Below are positions 12,029 through 22,060 of a stretch of DNA of 64,000 nt, piece after piece. The position numbers and the translations under genes are program-made. The stretch is from positions 320,001-384,000 of the forward strand of contig CAWFFU010000011.1 of NCBI GenBank assembly GCA_963815215.1. The letters are read 5' to 3'. Under the pieces are notes generated by a model. It was not told where the DNA came from, searched no databases, and saw only the letters and a list, made by a program, of their open reading frames with translations. How positions within the stretch are numbered: position 1 is the stretch's first letter; each line of letters opens with the position of its first letter. This DNA is from an uncultured Trueperaceae bacterium (GTDB taxonomy: Bacteria > Deinococcota > Deinococci > Deinococcales > Trueperaceae).

Positions 12029-12409
12029 GTGATCGTCGCCGTCGGCATCGACATGGTCGAGCTCGACCGCATCCGAGCGGTGCTCGAGAGACACCCGGAG
12101 CGCTTCCTGGAGCGCCACTTCCATCCCGACGAGCGCGCCGAGTTGCGCGACCGCGCCGACCCCGTCCCGGGGCTGGCCGCCCGCTTCGCGGCCAAGGAGG
12201 CCTTCCAGAAGTGCTGGGCCGAGACCATCGGCTGGCGAGACGTGTGGGTCGTGAAGCAGGGGAGGCGGCCCCAGCTGGCGTTCTCGCCGGATCTGGCCGC
12301 CGCCCTGCTGGCACAGCGCTTCGAGACCCATCTGTCACTGACCCACACGCGCGAGCACGCCGCGGCGCTGGTGGTGCTGGAGCGGCACGACGGGCCGCCT
12401 CCCCGCTAG
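12029..12409 (+). CDS. acpS: Holo-ACP synthase (4'-phosphopantetheinyl transferase)
   Basis: VGIDMVE, AARFAAKEAFQK, LSLTH. Confidence 0.92.
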   Translation: MIVAVGIDMVELDRIRAVLERHPERFLERHFHPDERAELRDRADPVPGLAARFAAKEAFQKCWAETIGWRDVWVVKQGRRPQLAFSPDLAAALLAQRFETHLSLTHTREHAAALVVLERHDGPPPR

Positions 12410-13044
12410 GACCCCTCCGCCACCTCGGCCAGGCCCTCGTCATCGAGCAGCACGATGCTGCGGTAGCCGGTGCGGATGAGGCCCGCGGTGCGCAACTCGG
12501 TGATGATCTTCGAGACGCTCTCGCGGGTGCTGGCGGTCCCCTCCGCGACGAGTTCGTGCGTGGCGGCTACCACCAGATGCCCGTCGTCGTCGGCGCGGGC
12601 CAGCGGGGTCTGCGCCAGCGACAACAGGTAGCGGGCCACCCGGGCGCGCAGGTCGCCCGTCTGCAGGTGGTACTCGTAGTCCATCAAGCGACGCATCTGG
12701 TCGGACAGGGAACGCGTGATGTGCATCAGGTGCCCTGCCTCGATCCGCTCCGGGTCGATGGCGTCGATGCTCGCCAGGGTGAGCGTTTCGGCGATCTCAC
12801 CACGCTCGCCGGTCATCAGGGCGTCTTCGCCGAAGAAGTCGCCGGGCAGAACGTGTCGGACGGTCAGGGTCCTGCCCTCGGGAGTCGTTCGCGTGATGCG
12901 GATGAGGCCGTCGCGGACGCGGTAGACCGAGCGGGCCGGGTCACCGTCGAGGTAGAGCGTCTGGCGACGCCGGTAGTTGAGGGTCTGGCTGGGAGCGTCG
13001 AACGCTGTGCGCTCGAGGGTAGAGGCGTTCCGTCGAACGTGCAT
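12406..13044 (-). CDS. Crp/Fnr family transcriptional regulator, LdrP/DdrI-like
   Basis: cNMP-like domain (PGDFFGE) plus HTH (THELVAEGTASTRESVSK); directly downstream of a CarH/LitR homolog as in Thermus litR-ldrP; GGAGG RBS. Confidence 0.85.
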   Translation of the reverse strand: MHVRRNASTLERTAFDAPSQTLNYRRRQTLYLDGDPARSVYRVRDGLIRITRTTPEGRTLTVRHVLPGDFFGEDALMTGERGEIAETLTLASIDAIDPERIEAGHLMHITRSLSDQMRRLMDYEYHLQTGDLRARVARYLLSLAQTPLARADDDGHLVVAATHELVAEGTASTRESVSKIITELRTAGLIRTGYRSIVLLDDEGLAEVAEGS

Positions 13045-13192
13045 GTGCACCTCCGTGGGCACTCTCCCGATCGACGGGAGGCTGGATGCGGTTGGCTGCG
13101 CCGCGCCTAGTGGGTCGGCAGGGGATGGGGGACGAGGGCCTCGGAGCCCCAGCGCTCGGCGCAGCGCACGTTCGGGCCCGGCCGTGGCCCGT

Positions 13193-14089
13193 TCATGCGC
13201 CGGCCGCCCGGCCGGGGCCCGAGATCTCGTGGAAACGCTTGACGGCCTCGCCGACGTCGTCGGCGAGGTACACGCCTCCCAGGCGCTCGGCGCGGGAGGG
13301 GTCGCGGTCGAAGGCGGCGCCGCCGTATACCACGACCGGCGCGAGCTGCTTGAGCACGTCGATCTCCCGCTCCAGCGCGTCGAGCGCCTCTGGCGCGGAG
13401 GCCGACAGCATGACGGCCGAGGCACCGAGCTGGTGCGCCATGGCGTTGAGGTCGGCCACCGGCGTGTCGGCGCCAACGTAGTACACGGCGTTCCCGGCGC
13501 GCCGGAGCAGCACCGCCAGCATGAGGGCGCCGAGCTCGTGATGGTCGCCGGGGGCGCAGGCCACGATGACCGCGGGACCGTGGACGTGGCTGGCCGCCAG
13601 GCTCATCAGGTGGCGCAGCCATCCCTGGACGAAGCTGGAGCTGAAGTGTTCGGTGGTGGTGTCGATCCGGCCGTCGTGCCACGCCTCACCGATGTCGACC
13701 ATGGCTCCCGCGATCACGTCGGGCACCACCGTCTCGACGGGGTGCAGGGCGTGCGCCTCGCCGAGCACCCGCTCGGCGCCGTCCTCGTCGAGGGCCAGGA
13801 AGGCGTCGACCAAGCGGCGGCGCAGCACGTCGGTGGGTAGCGGGGCGGGCTGCAGGGCGCCGGAACGATCCACCAGCTCGGCGGCGCGGGACGCCGGCAC
13901 GCCGTCGGCGATATGGCGCTTCATCGCCTCGATGGCGCGCAAGTCGTCGTCGGAGTACAGGCGATAGCCCGCCGACGAGCGCTCGGGGTGGGGAACGCCG
14001 TAGCGACGTTCCCACTGCCGCAGCGTGCCGGCGGCGACGGCCGTGCGTTCGACGACTTCGTTGACGGTGTACTTGCCGATGTGGGTCAT
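13193..14089 (-). CDS. carH: CarH/LitR family adenosylcobalamin-dependent photoreceptor repressor (MerR HTH + B12-binding)
   Basis: MerR HTH (LRQWERRYG..P.RS.AGYRLYS), W-x9-EH motif (WHDGRIDTTTEH), D-x-H-x-x-G (DHHELG), YVGADTP. Confidence 0.88.
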   Translation of the reverse strand: MTHIGKYTVNEVVERTAVAAGTLRQWERRYGVPHPERSSAGYRLYSDDDLRAIEAMKRHIADGVPASRAAELVDRSGALQPAPLPTDVLRRRLVDAFLALDEDGAERVLGEAHALHPVETVVPDVIAGAMVDIGEAWHDGRIDTTTEHFSSSFVQGWLRHLMSLAASHVHGPAVIVACAPGDHHELGALMLAVLLRRAGNAVYYVGADTPVADLNAMAHQLGASAVMLSASAPEALDALEREIDVLKQLAPVVVYGGAAFDRDPSRAERLGGVYLADDVGEAVKRFHEISGPGRAAGA

Positions 14090-14108
14090 AGGTGGGCTCC
14101 GAGGCGAG

Positions 14109-14236
14109 TGTACAACCATCGTCTAAGGTTAGTAGCATGGTAGTACACACCTTGAACGCTGTCAAGTGTCCTCGCCGGACACCGTCCCCTCCTCCCGCGT
14201 CCCATTCGTGTTATCCAGTCGTTCAAGGCTTGTACA
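14109..14236 (-). promoter_or_regulatory. carH promoter (TTGACA-17-TACCAT) with 11-bp-spaced TnnACN operator repeats
   Basis: -35 at 14160-14165 and -10 at 14137-14142 (minus strand); repeat cores at 14109/14120, 14142/14153 and 14209/14220/14231. Confidence 0.7.
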
Positions 14237-14290
14237 CTCGCTGCCATCGACCGACCGGCCCGGTGAATCGGCCACGCGCTCCGGGGTAGC

Positions 14291-14758
14291 ATGCCTGCCA
14301 TGCCCGACCCGAAGAAACAGGTCACCGCCTACACCGATGGGTCTTGTGAGACCCGCAGCGGTGACGGCGGGTGGGCCTACCTCCTGCTGTACAACGGGGC
14401 CCGGAAGCGCGCCAGCGGCTTCGAAGCCGAGACCACCAACAACCGCATGGAGCTCACCGCCGCAGTGCGTGCGCTCGAGGCGTTGCACGAGCCCTGCCAG
14501 GTCACCCTCGTCACGGACAGTCAGTACCTCAAGAGGGCGTTCACCGACGGCTGGCTGTCGAGTTGGCAGCGGAACGGCTGGCGCACCGCCGGTCGCACCG
14601 CGGTCAAGAACCAGGATCTGTGGCAGGAGCTGCTGCGCCTCACCAGCCACCACGCGGTCGCTTGGTCGTGGACGCGTGGACACGCCGGACACAGCGAGAA
14701 CGAGGAGGTCGACGGCATGGCGCTGGCGGCACGCAAGCAACGTCGCGCCGTTCCCTGA
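14291..14758 (+). CDS. rnhA: Ribonuclease HI
   Basis: YTDGSC, TTNNRMEL, TDSQY, VKNQDLW, GHAGHSENE.VD. Confidence 0.95.
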   Translation: MPAMPDPKKQVTAYTDGSCETRSGDGGWAYLLLYNGARKRASGFEAETTNNRMELTAAVRALEALHEPCQVTLVTDSQYLKRAFTDGWLSSWQRNGWRTAGRTAVKNQDLWQELLRLTSHHAVAWSWTRGHAGHSENEEVDGMALAARKQRRAVP

Positions 14759-14875
14759 GCTCCCGGGCGACACCGAGAGAGCGCCTCGAGCCGCGATCGA
14801 CGTGCGCGCCACAGATGCGGTACCGCTGCCAACGCGAGGCCGCGCAGCACGCTTGTCAGTGAGCCTGCCGGAGCG

Positions 14876-16012
14876 TCAGCCGCCGAGCCGGCCGGCGGCC
14901 GGCTCGGCCAGGCAGGCCAGCAGCCGCTCGAACGCGCGGTAGCCGTCGACGAGCGAGGCGGGGTCGATCCACTCGCTGCTGCGGTGGGCGTCGCCGCCCC
15001 GGTAGACGCCGAAGCCGATCGCAGGCAGGCCCCGTGCCAGGGCTGCGTTGGCATCGGTGCTGCTCGCCACCACGACCGCCTGGGGTCCGCCCCCCTCCAG
15101 CGCCCGCAGCGCGCACGACACGAGCTCCGCGTTGTCCACGCTGGCGACGGGGCGGTCGCCGATCTGCGTGAACTCCACCGCGCACCCTGCCCGTCGCGAC
15201 GCCCCCTCGATCGCCATGCGGGCGCGGCGCTCCAGGTCATCGAGCACGGTCGGGTCGAGGCTCCTCAGGTCGAGTGTGAACCCGGCCTCCTGCGCGATGG
15301 CGTTGATCGACGTTCCGCCCCACACCGTCCCCACATTGAGCGAAGAGCGCGGCTCCGCGGGCACGCTCAAGGCGCTGAGGGCGTGGATGGCTTCGCCGGC
15401 GGCGTGCACCGCGCTGGGCGTGGGGTAGTCGCCCCAGGAGTGGCCACCCGCGCCCCTGAAACCCGCGCGCAGACGCCGCGAGCCGACCGCCTGCGCCACG
15501 ATCGTGCCCAGGTGGCCGTCGACCGCGATGAACAGGTCGTGCTCCGCTCCCCGATCGGCCACCAGCTGCCGTGCGCCGCGCAGATCGCCCTCCCCCTCCT
15601 CGCCCACCGTCGCCGCCACCGTGAGCCGCGGTCGGAGGTCGTCCGGGCGTGCTCCCGTCCGCTCCAGGAACACGCTCAGCACCGCCAGGCTGGCGCTGTT
15701 GTCACCGATCCCGGGGGCGCACAGACGGTCGCCTTCGCGCCGCACACGCACGTCAGTGCCGGCACCGAACACGGTATCGAGATGCGCGGCCACCAGCACC
15801 CGCGGACCCCGGCCGCCCGGCAGCGACGCCACCACGTTCCCGGCCGCGTCGCGCTCCACCGGCACACCCGTCCGCGCCCATAGATCAGCGACGAGGCGTC
15901 CGCGCGGCTCCTCGCCGAACGGCGGCGCCGGCACCTCGGTGATGGTCTTCAGATGCCCCTCGAGCGCCCGACTCAGCTCACGTGCCGACGCCGGGCGTGC
16001 TCCCGGAGGCAC
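14876..16012 (-). CDS. M20/M25/M40 family metallo-hydrolase
   Basis: AAHLDTVF, APGIGDN, VGEEGEGDL, GGHSW, STDAN, GDAH; GTG start right after the regulator stop. Confidence 0.85.
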   Translation of the reverse strand: MPPGARPASARELSRALEGHLKTITEVPAPPFGEEPRGRLVADLWARTGVPVERDAAGNVVASLPGGRGPRVLVAAHLDTVFGAGTDVRVRREGDRLCAPGIGDNSASLAVLSVFLERTGARPDDLRPRLTVAATVGEEGEGDLRGARQLVADRGAEHDLFIAVDGHLGTIVAQAVGSRRLRAGFRGAGGHSWGDYPTPSAVHAAGEAIHALSALSVPAEPRSSLNVGTVWGGTSINAIAQEAGFTLDLRSLDPTVLDDLERRARMAIEGASRRAGCAVEFTQIGDRPVASVDNAELVSCALRALEGGGPQAVVVASSTDANAALARGLPAIGFGVYRGGDAHRSSEWIDPASLVDGYRAFERLLACLAEPAAGRLGG

Positions 16013-16013
16013 C

Positions 16014-16676
16014 TCAGCTATTGTCCTGGAGCGTGGCGATACCCTCACGCAGGGCGTACAGCGCCGCCTGCGTGCGGTTGTTCAGACGCAGCTTGGAGAA
16101 GATCTCCGACAGGCGATTTCGCACCGTCTTCTCGCTGACCCCGAGCGACTGGGCGATCTCCTGGTTGGACGCGCCCTGGGCGAGCAGCCGCAAGATGTCC
16201 TCCTCGCGCTCGGTGAGCTCGCTGATCTTGTGGTCGGGGTGTTCGGGAAGCTCCCCCACCTTGCGGAACTCGTCGAGGATCGACGCGGCCATCTCCGCGT
16301 TCAGGAGCGTCTCCCCTGCCGCGACCCGGCGGATGGCGTCGATGAGGTCGTTGGCGTCGGCGTCCTTCAGCAGGTAGCCGCGCGCGCCCACCTTGATCGC
16401 CTCGAAGACGTACTTGTCCTGTCGGTACATGGTGAGGATGATGACCTTGGCGACCGGCTGCTCGGCGAGGATCGCCTTGGTCGCCGCAACGCCGTCGAGC
16501 TCGGGCATCTGGATGTCCATCAGGACGACGTCGGGCTTGGTCTCGAGGGCATACCGCACCGCTTCACGGCCCGTCGACGCCTCTCCGATGATCCGGAAGT
16601 CGTCTTCGGTCTCGAGGATGCTCCTCAGACCCTGGCGGAACATGGCGTGATCGTCGCACAGGAGCAACCGAATCAT
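16014..16676 (-). CDS. NarL/LuxR family response regulator (no adjacent kinase)
   Basis: [20 protein letters not shown] receiver domain; [25 protein letters not shown]. Confidence 0.93.
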   Translation of the reverse strand: MIRLLLCDDHAMFRQGLRSILETEDDFRIIGEASTGREAVRYALETKPDVVLMDIQMPELDGVAATKAILAEQPVAKVIILTMYRQDKYVFEAIKVGARGYLLKDADANDLIDAIRRVAAGETLLNAEMAASILDEFRKVGELPEHPDHKISELTEREEDILRLLAQGASNQEIAQSLGVSEKTVRNRLSEIFSKLRLNNRTQAALYALREGIATLQDNS

Positions 16677-16854
16677 GATGGGCCCACTGTACCGTAGTCG
16701 GCGCCGTGATACCGTTGTGTTGCAGCTGCCGGGCTCGTGCCAGGCCGGACCGGTCGCACCCTCATCGCCCCACCAGGCTCGAGTGCGGTCGGCGGCGTGG
16801 CGGGAGCCCGGCAGCTGCACGAAGGGACCAAGAAGACCTTCACGAGGAGGACGC

Positions 16855-17334
16855 ATGGCGCATCCCAAAGGCGTCCTGATCGAACGGCTGCAGAGGTCGG
16901 GCCAGAACCGGCCCGAGTTCCGCAGCGAACGTACCGGTCCGGACCATCAACCCACCTTCCTCAGCGACGTTCTGGTCGACGGGCACGTGCTCGGCACCGG
17001 TCAGGGGGGCAACAAGCGGGAGGCCGAACGGCGTGCCGCCGAAGAGGCGCTCGCTGCTCTCGATCGCGGCGGCACCGTGCTCGACATCGAAGCTTCCGTC
17101 GACATGGAGCCGGACGAGACCTTCCTCGACGACGCTCCCTTCGAGGGGCCCTGGCCGGTGTTCGAGGCGGTCCTGGCCGCCAGCCTGCAGGTCGCCGACC
17201 GTCGCATCCCCGACCACCTGCGTGGCGACGAGGCCCGCACCGCGGTGCGCGACTTCGCGCTGTCGCTCTACAAGGACGTACTGCAAGACCTGGGCGACGT
17301 CGTCGACGACGGCCCCGACGGCGAGGACTCCTGA
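16855..17334 (+). CDS. Stand-alone double-stranded RNA-binding motif protein
   Basis: [39 protein letters not shown] is a dsRBD; GAGGAGG RBS; no RNase III catalytic domain. Confidence 0.8.
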   Translation: MAHPKGVLIERLQRSGQNRPEFRSERTGPDHQPTFLSDVLVDGHVLGTGQGGNKREAERRAAEEALAALDRGGTVLDIEASVDMEPDETFLDDAPFEGPWPVFEAVLAASLQVADRRIPDHLRGDEARTAVRDFALSLYKDVLQDLGDVVDDGPDGEDS

Positions 17335-17441
17335 TCCAACCGGGCTAGGACCCGGTCCGCGGGCATGGGGGGAGTTCCAACGGCGGGGGTCACGCCGGAG
17401 CGTCCTCGACCCCGGGGACGGTTGCCGGCAGCGCTCCGCGC

Positions 17442-17777
17442 TCAGGCTCCGCCCGATTCGTCGGTGGCGTCGTCTACGTGGTCGCTGGCGTAACGCTCGA
17501 TACGGCGCAGCTCGGCGGTGGCCTTCTCGCGCACCAGCATCTCGCGCATACGCTCTCCTCCGGAGAACGCTTCCGTGCCCTGAGCCTCGATGAGATCGAC
17601 CATCTTGGCGGCGAAGGCCCGCAACGGGGTCACCATCGACAGCTCTTGCAGGCTCCGCTCGTCAGCCATCGCCAGCGACAGCAGTCCGGCGTCGAGGCCG
17701 CCGGCCTCGTCGTTGACGGTGACGACGACATCACCGTGATCGGTGGTGACCAGGAAGCGCCGCGGCTGCTCGGGCAT
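17442..17777 (-). CDS. Hypothetical protein
   Basis: ORF with native codon usage; TAGGCT -10-like box 8 nt upstream of the ATG. Confidence 0.65.
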   Translation of the reverse strand: MPEQPRRFLVTTDHGDVVVTVNDEAGGLDAGLLSLAMADERSLQELSMVTPLRAFAAKMVDLIEAQGTEAFSGGERMREMLVREKATAELRRIERYASDHVDDATDESGGA

Positions 17778-17965
17778 CGCGGCACAGCCTATCACGCACG
17801 CCGCGGGCGCCACGACCGCGGACCGGGGGCGCGGGATGCTAGCATGGGTGCCCACCCTGACGCATCCCCCGCGCCGCAGGCGCCGCCCCTCGACCAGGAG
17901 GACCCCTTGCTCGTTCCGCCCCTGAACGGAGCGCCCAGGAGCGCCGCACCCCCGGTGAGACCGGC

Positions 17966-20179
17966 ATGACCCACCGCAGCCTCGAGCGCGATCTCGGCCT
18001 CTACGCGGTCATCACCATCAGTGTCGGTGCCATGATCGGAAGCGGCATCTTCGTGCTGCCGGGCCTGGCCTCCAAGATCGCCGGTCCCGGCGTCATCCTC
18101 GCCTACCTTCTGGCGGGCCTGATCGTGCTGCCCGCAGCGCTCAGCCAGTCGGAGATGGCGACCGCGATGCCGGAGGCGGGCGGCACCTACCTCTACGTCG
18201 ACCGCGCGCTAGGTCCCATGCTGGGCACCATCGCCGGCATCGGCGTGTGGTTCTCGCTGGTGCTCAAGAGCGCGTTCGCGCTGGTCGGGCTGGGCGCCTA
18301 CCTGCTGCTGTTCGTCAACCTGCCCACGAAGCCCGTGGCGCTGGGCCTGGCCCTGCTGGTGCTGGCGGTGAACGCCCTCGGCGTGAAGCAGACGGGCCGC
18401 CTGCAGGCCGTGATCGTCACCGGCGTGCTGGGCGTGCTGTTGCTCTTCGTGCTGCGGGGCGCCGCCGTCGTCGACGCCTCCCGCTATCAGCCCTTCCTCG
18501 CGCATGGCGTGGGCGGCCTGCTGGCCGCGACCGGCTTCGTGTTCGTGAGCTACGCCGGGGTCACCAAGATCGCCAGCGTCGCCGAAGAGGTGCGCGCGCC
18601 GGGGCGGAACATCCCGGCGGGCATCCTGGTCAGCATCGCTCTGATGATGGTCGTGTACACCGGCCTCATCTACGTCGTCGTGGGCACCAGCCCGGCCGCA
18701 CAGCTGCACGGCACCCTCACCCCCATGGCGCTGGCGGCCCGCGACATCCTGGGGGTCGGCGGCGAGATCATCATCGCGATCACCGCCGTCCTCGCGCTGA
18801 CGAGCATGGCCAATGCCGGCGTCCTCTCCTCGTCGCGCTACCCCTTCGCTATGAGCCGCGGCGACCTGGCACCGCCGCTGTTCCAGCGCGTGCACCCCCG
18901 TTTCGGAACGCCGGTAGCGTCGATCGCCCTGACAGGGGCGGTCCTGCTCGCCCTCATCGCGTTCGTGCCGGTGGTGGATCTCGCCAAGCTCGCGAGCGCC
19001 TTCCAGATCCTGGTGCTGTGCTTCGTGAACCTGGCGCTGATCGCGTTCCGCGAGGGCCAGGTTCCCAGCTACCGTCCGACCTTCCGCTCCCCCGGCTATC
19101 CCTGGGTGCAGCTCGGCGGGATCGGCGCGGGGCTGCTGCTGATCACCCAGATGGGATGGCTGTCGGTGCTGGGAGCCGGCGGCATCGTGATCGTGGGGCT
19201 GGTCTGGTTCCGCGTCTACGGCCGCCCCCGTACCGAGCGGGAGGGCGTGGCGCTGGCAGCGCTACGCCGCAACACCGACAGTACCGCGGTGGGTCACACG
19301 CGCCGCGCCTTACACACGCCCGGGCCCCTCAACCTGCTGCTCCCCGTGCACCCGCATATGGCCGCTGAGCGCGAGCGCGACCTGCTCAGGCTGGCGGCCA
19401 TGCTCGCCGGCCCGCGCGACCGCCTGCGTGTGATCCGTTTCGACCAGGTACCCGAACAAGTCGAGCTGCTCGCCATGGCCGCGGGGCCCAGCGCCGAGGA
19501 CCGGGCGTTCGAGACGCGCGTGGAGAACGAGCTGGACGGGCTCGGCACGCGCCTGTACCTGGGCACCGTCGTCGGTCACGATTGGAAGGAGGCGATCGTC
19601 CTCCATGTGCGCGAGCACCGCGTCGACCTGGTGATCACCGACGAGATCCGGGCTCCTACCCCGTTGCGTCCGTTGAGTCGCGATGCGGGCTGGCTGATGG
19701 ACCGTAGCGGCGCCGACGTGGCAGTGCTCGGCCCACGTCCCTTGAACGGCATCTCCGAAGTGCTGGTGATGGGCACGGGTGGACCCTTCGACGCCCTGAA
19801 GGTGGACCTGGCGAGCCGTATCGCACGCGGCCAGGGTGCGCGCATCCGCTTCATGCACGTGGTGGCGGAGAGCGCCCTGCCCGCCCAACTCGACACCCTG
19901 CGCAGCTACCACGATCAGCTCGCCGCGCTCTGCGGCGTCCCCACCGTGAGCGACATCCGCCGCGCCGCGAACCCCCGTTCGGAACTGGTCGAGGCCTCCA
20001 GGAGCGCCGATCTCGCCATCCTGGGCGCGACCGTCCACCGCTACCTCGGGACCCGCGGTGCGCGTGACCTGGCCCACCAGCTCGCCGCCGGCCTGGAGTG
20101 CCCGGCACTGATCGTGCACGCCCAGCTCTCGCACCGGCGCACCGTGCTCGGCACACTGCTCGAACGCATCGCATACTAG
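17966..20179 (+). CDS. APC family amino acid permease with C-terminal USP-like domains
   Basis: GAMIGSGIFVLPG, EMATAMPEAGG.Y, SYAGVTKIASVAEE; about 12 TM helices then about 300 aa soluble alpha/beta tail. Confidence 0.85.
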   Translation: MTHRSLERDLGLYAVITISVGAMIGSGIFVLPGLASKIAGPGVILAYLLAGLIVLPAALSQSEMATAMPEAGGTYLYVDRALGPMLGTIAGIGVWFSLVLKSAFALVGLGAYLLLFVNLPTKPVALGLALLVLAVNALGVKQTGRLQAVIVTGVLGVLLLFVLRGAAVVDASRYQPFLAHGVGGLLAATGFVFVSYAGVTKIASVAEEVRAPGRNIPAGILVSIALMMVVYTGLIYVVVGTSPAAQLHGTLTPMALAARDILGVGGEIIIAITAVLALTSMANAGVLSSSRYPFAMSRGDLAPPLFQRVHPRFGTPVASIALTGAVLLALIAFVPVVDLAKLASAFQILVLCFVNLALIAFREGQVPSYRPTFRSPGYPWVQLGGIGAGLLLITQMGWLSVLGAGGIVIVGLVWFRVYGRPRTEREGVALAALRRNTDSTAVGHTRRALHTPGPLNLLLPVHPHMAAERERDLLRLAAMLAGPRDRLRVIRFDQVPEQVELLAMAAGPSAEDRAFETRVENELDGLGTRLYLGTVVGHDWKEAIVLHVREHRVDLVITDEIRAPTPLRPLSRDAGWLMDRSGADVAVLGPRPLNGISEVLVMGTGGPFDALKVDLASRIARGQGARIRFMHVVAESALPAQLDTLRSYHDQLAALCGVPTVSDIRRAANPRSELVEASRSADLAILGATVHRYLGTRGARDLAHQLAAGLECPALIVHAQLSHRRTVLGTLLERIAY

Positions 20180-20194
20180 GGTCGACGCCTCGGT

Positions 20195-22042
20195 ATGGTC
20201 CATCTCCTCGCCAGCCACCCCGCGCTCGCCATCGCCGCCATCATCACGCTGGGCGCGGGGGCGCAGTGGCTCTCCTGGCGGCTCCGCGTGCCGGCGATCC
20301 TGCCGCTGCTGAGCATCGGATTCCTGGTGGGGCCGGTGCTGGGCTGGCTGCGGCCGTCGCAGGTCTTCGGCGACGCCCTGCTCTACCCCGCGGTGTCGCT
20401 GGCGGTCGGGCTGGTGCTGTTCGAGGGCGGGCTGACGCTGCGCCTGTCCGAGCTCCACGAGACGCGCCGCGTGATCGTCTCCCTGATCACGGTGGGCGCC
20501 TTGGTGACGTGGCTCGGCAGCGCCGCGGCCGCGTACTGGCTGGGTGCGCTCCCGGGCCCGCTCGCGCTGCTGTTCGGAGCCCTGGTCATCGTCACCGGCC
20601 CGACCGTCATCGGCCCCCTGCTTCGCATCGTTCGGCCCACCGCCCGGGTGGCCAACGTGCTCAAGTGGGAGGGCATCATCATCGACGTGGTCGGCGCGAT
20701 GGTAGCTGTGCTGGTGTCCGAGGCGCTGCTGCTGGGCACCGCCCAGTCCGCTCCCGCGCACACCGTGCTGCTGCTCGGGCGCTTCCTGGTGGTGGGCGCG
20801 GCTGCCGGGGCGGTGGCCGGCTACGCGCTGGCCTGGCTCCTGAAGCGCCGCGCCATGCCGGACTACCTGATCAACGTGGTCTCGCTGGCCACGCTGTTCT
20901 CCGCGTTCACGCTGGCCAACGTCGTCACCGACGAGTCGGGGCTGCTGGCAGCGGTGGTCATGGGGGTGGTGCTGGCCAACCTCCGGGTCCCCAACATCGG
21001 TGCGCTGCTGAGCTTCAAGGAGGACCTCAGCGTGCTGTTCGTCAGCATGCTGTTCGTGGTGCTGGCGGCCAACCTGCAGCTCGCTTCCCTCGCCGCGGAG
21101 TTGACCTGGCGCGGGCTGGCGCTGCTGCTGGTGCTGGTGCTCGTCACCCGGCCGGCGGGTGTGCTGCTGAGCAGTCTGCGCTCACCGCTCACCTGGCCCG
21201 AGCGCCTGTTCCTGTCCGGCATCGCGCCGCGCGGCATCGTGGCGGCCGCCGTCAGCTCGCTGTTCGCGTCCAAGCTGACGGCGGCAGGCTTCGAGCAGGC
21301 ACGCTCGCTCCCTCCGCTGGTGTTCCTGATGATCGTCGGCACGGTGCTGCTGGCGAGCCTCTCGGCCCGCCCCCTGGGCGTGCGGCTGGGCGTAGCGGAC
21401 CCCGACCCTCAGGGCTTCCTGATCCTGGGGGCGGACGAGGTGGCTCGAACCGTGGCTCGCGCCCTGCACGCCCAGCACATCCCGGTGCTGCTGGCCGACA
21501 CCAACTGGTCGCACGTCACCGCGGCGCGCGTCGAGGGTCTACAGGCCTACTACGGGAGCCTGCTGTCCGATCACAGCGACGACGAGCTGCGATTGTCCGG
21601 CATCGGCCGGCTGCTGGCGTTGACGTCCAACGACGAGGCCAACGCACTCACCGCACTCAAGTACGCCCGCGAGTTCGGCACCGCCAACGTCTTCCAGCTC
21701 GCGCCCAGCCGCGGCGGCAACGACCGCGGCCGGCTCGGCGGAGAGCGGCGCGCGCGCCTGCTCGTGGGCGACGACGTCACCTTCCCGCGCATGCGGGCGC
21801 TGGTGCACGCCGGCGCTGAGGTGAAGCGGACCGAGCTTACCGAGCGCTTCGGGATGGAGGACTACCTGCAGCGCTACGGCAGCGCCTGCGTGCCCCTGTT
21901 CGTGCAGCAGGGCAAACGCATCGAGGTGGTGGCGGCCGGCGGGGCGGCGCCGGAGCCAGGGTCGGCCCTGTTCGCGTTGGTGCTCGAGCCCGACGACGAG
22001 GGCGGCGGCGGCGAGGTAGCAACGGGCGGCGCCGGGAGCTGA
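20195..22042 (+). CDS. NhaP-type (CPA1) cation:proton antiporter with C-terminal TrkA-N-like domain
   Basis: LFEGGLTL, VTGPTVIGP, LKWEGIIID, ESGLLA, APRGIVAAA; C-terminal GFLILGA...DTNW NAD-binding-like fold. Confidence 0.88.
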   Translation: MVHLLASHPALAIAAIITLGAGAQWLSWRLRVPAILPLLSIGFLVGPVLGWLRPSQVFGDALLYPAVSLAVGLVLFEGGLTLRLSELHETRRVIVSLITVGALVTWLGSAAAAYWLGALPGPLALLFGALVIVTGPTVIGPLLRIVRPTARVANVLKWEGIIIDVVGAMVAVLVSEALLLGTAQSAPAHTVLLLGRFLVVGAAAGAVAGYALAWLLKRRAMPDYLINVVSLATLFSAFTLANVVTDESGLLAAVVMGVVLANLRVPNIGALLSFKEDLSVLFVSMLFVVLAANLQLASLAAELTWRGLALLLVLVLVTRPAGVLLSSLRSPLTWPERLFLSGIAPRGIVAAAVSSLFASKLTAAGFEQARSLPPLVFLMIVGTVLLASLSARPLGVRLGVADPDPQGFLILGADEVARTVARALHAQHIPVLLADTNWSHVTAARVEGLQAYYGSLLSDHSDDELRLSGIGRLLALTSNDEANALTALKYAREFGTANVFQLAPSRGGNDRGRLGGERRARLLVGDDVTFPRMRALVHAGAEVKRTELTERFGMEDYLQRYGSACVPLFVQQGKRIEVVAAGGAAPEPGSALFALVLEPDDEGGGGEVATGGAGS

Positions 22043-22060
22043 GCCGCGCCCGCCTGGGTC

